In this document: positions 63,390 through 64,000 of the stretch, piece after piece
Layout: each line of letters opens with the position of its first letter
How positions within the stretch are numbered: position 1 is the stretch's first letter
Source: Candidatus Poribacteria bacterium
GTDB lineage: Bacteria; Poribacteria; WGA-4E; PCPOR2b
Direction of reading: 5' to 3'
NCBI GenBank assembly: GCA_965218095.1
Contig: OZ244587.1
Span: forward strand, 3,776,001 to 3,840,000
DNA length: 64,000 nt
The notes under the pieces: model-generated
The model's database searches: none
The model's input: the letters and a program-made list of their open reading frames with translations, nothing else
Told to the model about the DNA's origin: nothing
Program-made: the position numbers and the translations under genes

Positions 63390-63501
63390 ACCTTTGGTGC
63401 TAGTTGGTGAGGATGTAGTTTCCACAAGGGGTGTAGAATTTACATACTCGACCTGGCAAAGAATAGATCATTGCTATGACTGGATCTTTGGTTTCAAACT
63501 A
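63390..63501. mobile_element. short IS982-A-ended element (putative MITE) cut by IS5
   Basis: Starts ACCTTTGGTGCTAGTT like element A; ends TCAAACTA, matching CAAACTAG of element A's other end. Confidence 0.55.
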
Positions 63502-64000
63502 AGTTCTGTTGACATTTGAGTATAAGGTTGTGGCATAATAGAAGAATGATGCCAATAACCTTACCCGATGACCAATGGAAAAAGATATACTCGTTTCTTC
63601 TAACTTGTCCCAACATCTATGTTGGCAACGAAGCGACAACACGCCGCTTTATCGAAACTGTTCTCTGGGCGACCCGTAGCGGTGCTCAATGGAGACTTCT
63701 GCCAGACACCTATGGTAAATCGAACACCCTCTATAAGCGTTTTGCACGGTGGTGCGACAAAGGTATCTTCACACAGATGCACCACCACTTCGCCGCCGAC
63801 CCCGATATCGAGTCGCTTATTGTGGACAGTACAATCATTCGAGCGCACCCGTGTGCGGCGGGTGCCGAAAAAAAAAGGGTGGAACTGAAAACCAAGTGTT
63901 AGGCCGCTCTCGCGGGGGATTCAGTACAAAAAATCACATCACAGTTGACGGCCTGGGTAATCCACTAAGAATACATCTGACGCCCGGTCAAAGAAACGAC
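63502..64000 (+). mobile_element. IS5-family element, copy running off the window end
   Basis: Left IR AGTTCTGTTGACATTT (one mismatch); orfA 63546-63902. Confidence 0.93.

Noticed and set aside
1-64000. CRISPR array, rRNA or tRNA
   Set aside because: I saw no regularly spaced repeat-spacer series and no rRNA or cloverleaf motifs; repeated sequence is explained by IS and REP elements

Overview
Bacterial chromosomal window. The gene families (ASPIC/UnbV FG-GAP proteins, PhyH, ThuA, HEAT/TPR proteins, TonB, SprA-like barrel) fit Candidatus Poribacteria or a related sponge-symbiont lineage; this is inferred from gene content only. About 9 kb (~14%) is insertion sequence: six copies of an IS5-family element, one IS3, one IS701 and two IS982-type elements. 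There are also MITEs, an orphan TnpB right end, several REP-like palindrome families and many gene remnants. Intact content includes catabolic enzymes, TRAP and ABC transporters, an NtrY/NtrX-like pair and LPS/lipid glycosyltransferases. The most notable candidates are: (1) a 2177-aa SprA-like (type IX secretion translocon-like) protein carrying Gly/Phe/Tyr-rich low-complexity inserts, with a divergent TPR gene; (2) a 1414-aa PP2C-degenerate cyclase-STAND-TPR protein; (3) a HEAT-fused N4-cytosine methyltransferase plus CfrBI-like endonuclease embedded between maf and tsaB, downstream of a ~145-nt rod-like RNA fold; (4) REP palindromes inserted in frame in proteins; (5) IS5 copies landing in the CTAG of IS982-type ends. 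I saw no rRNA, tRNA or CRISPR array. All family calls come from motif recognition by eye, not database searches.
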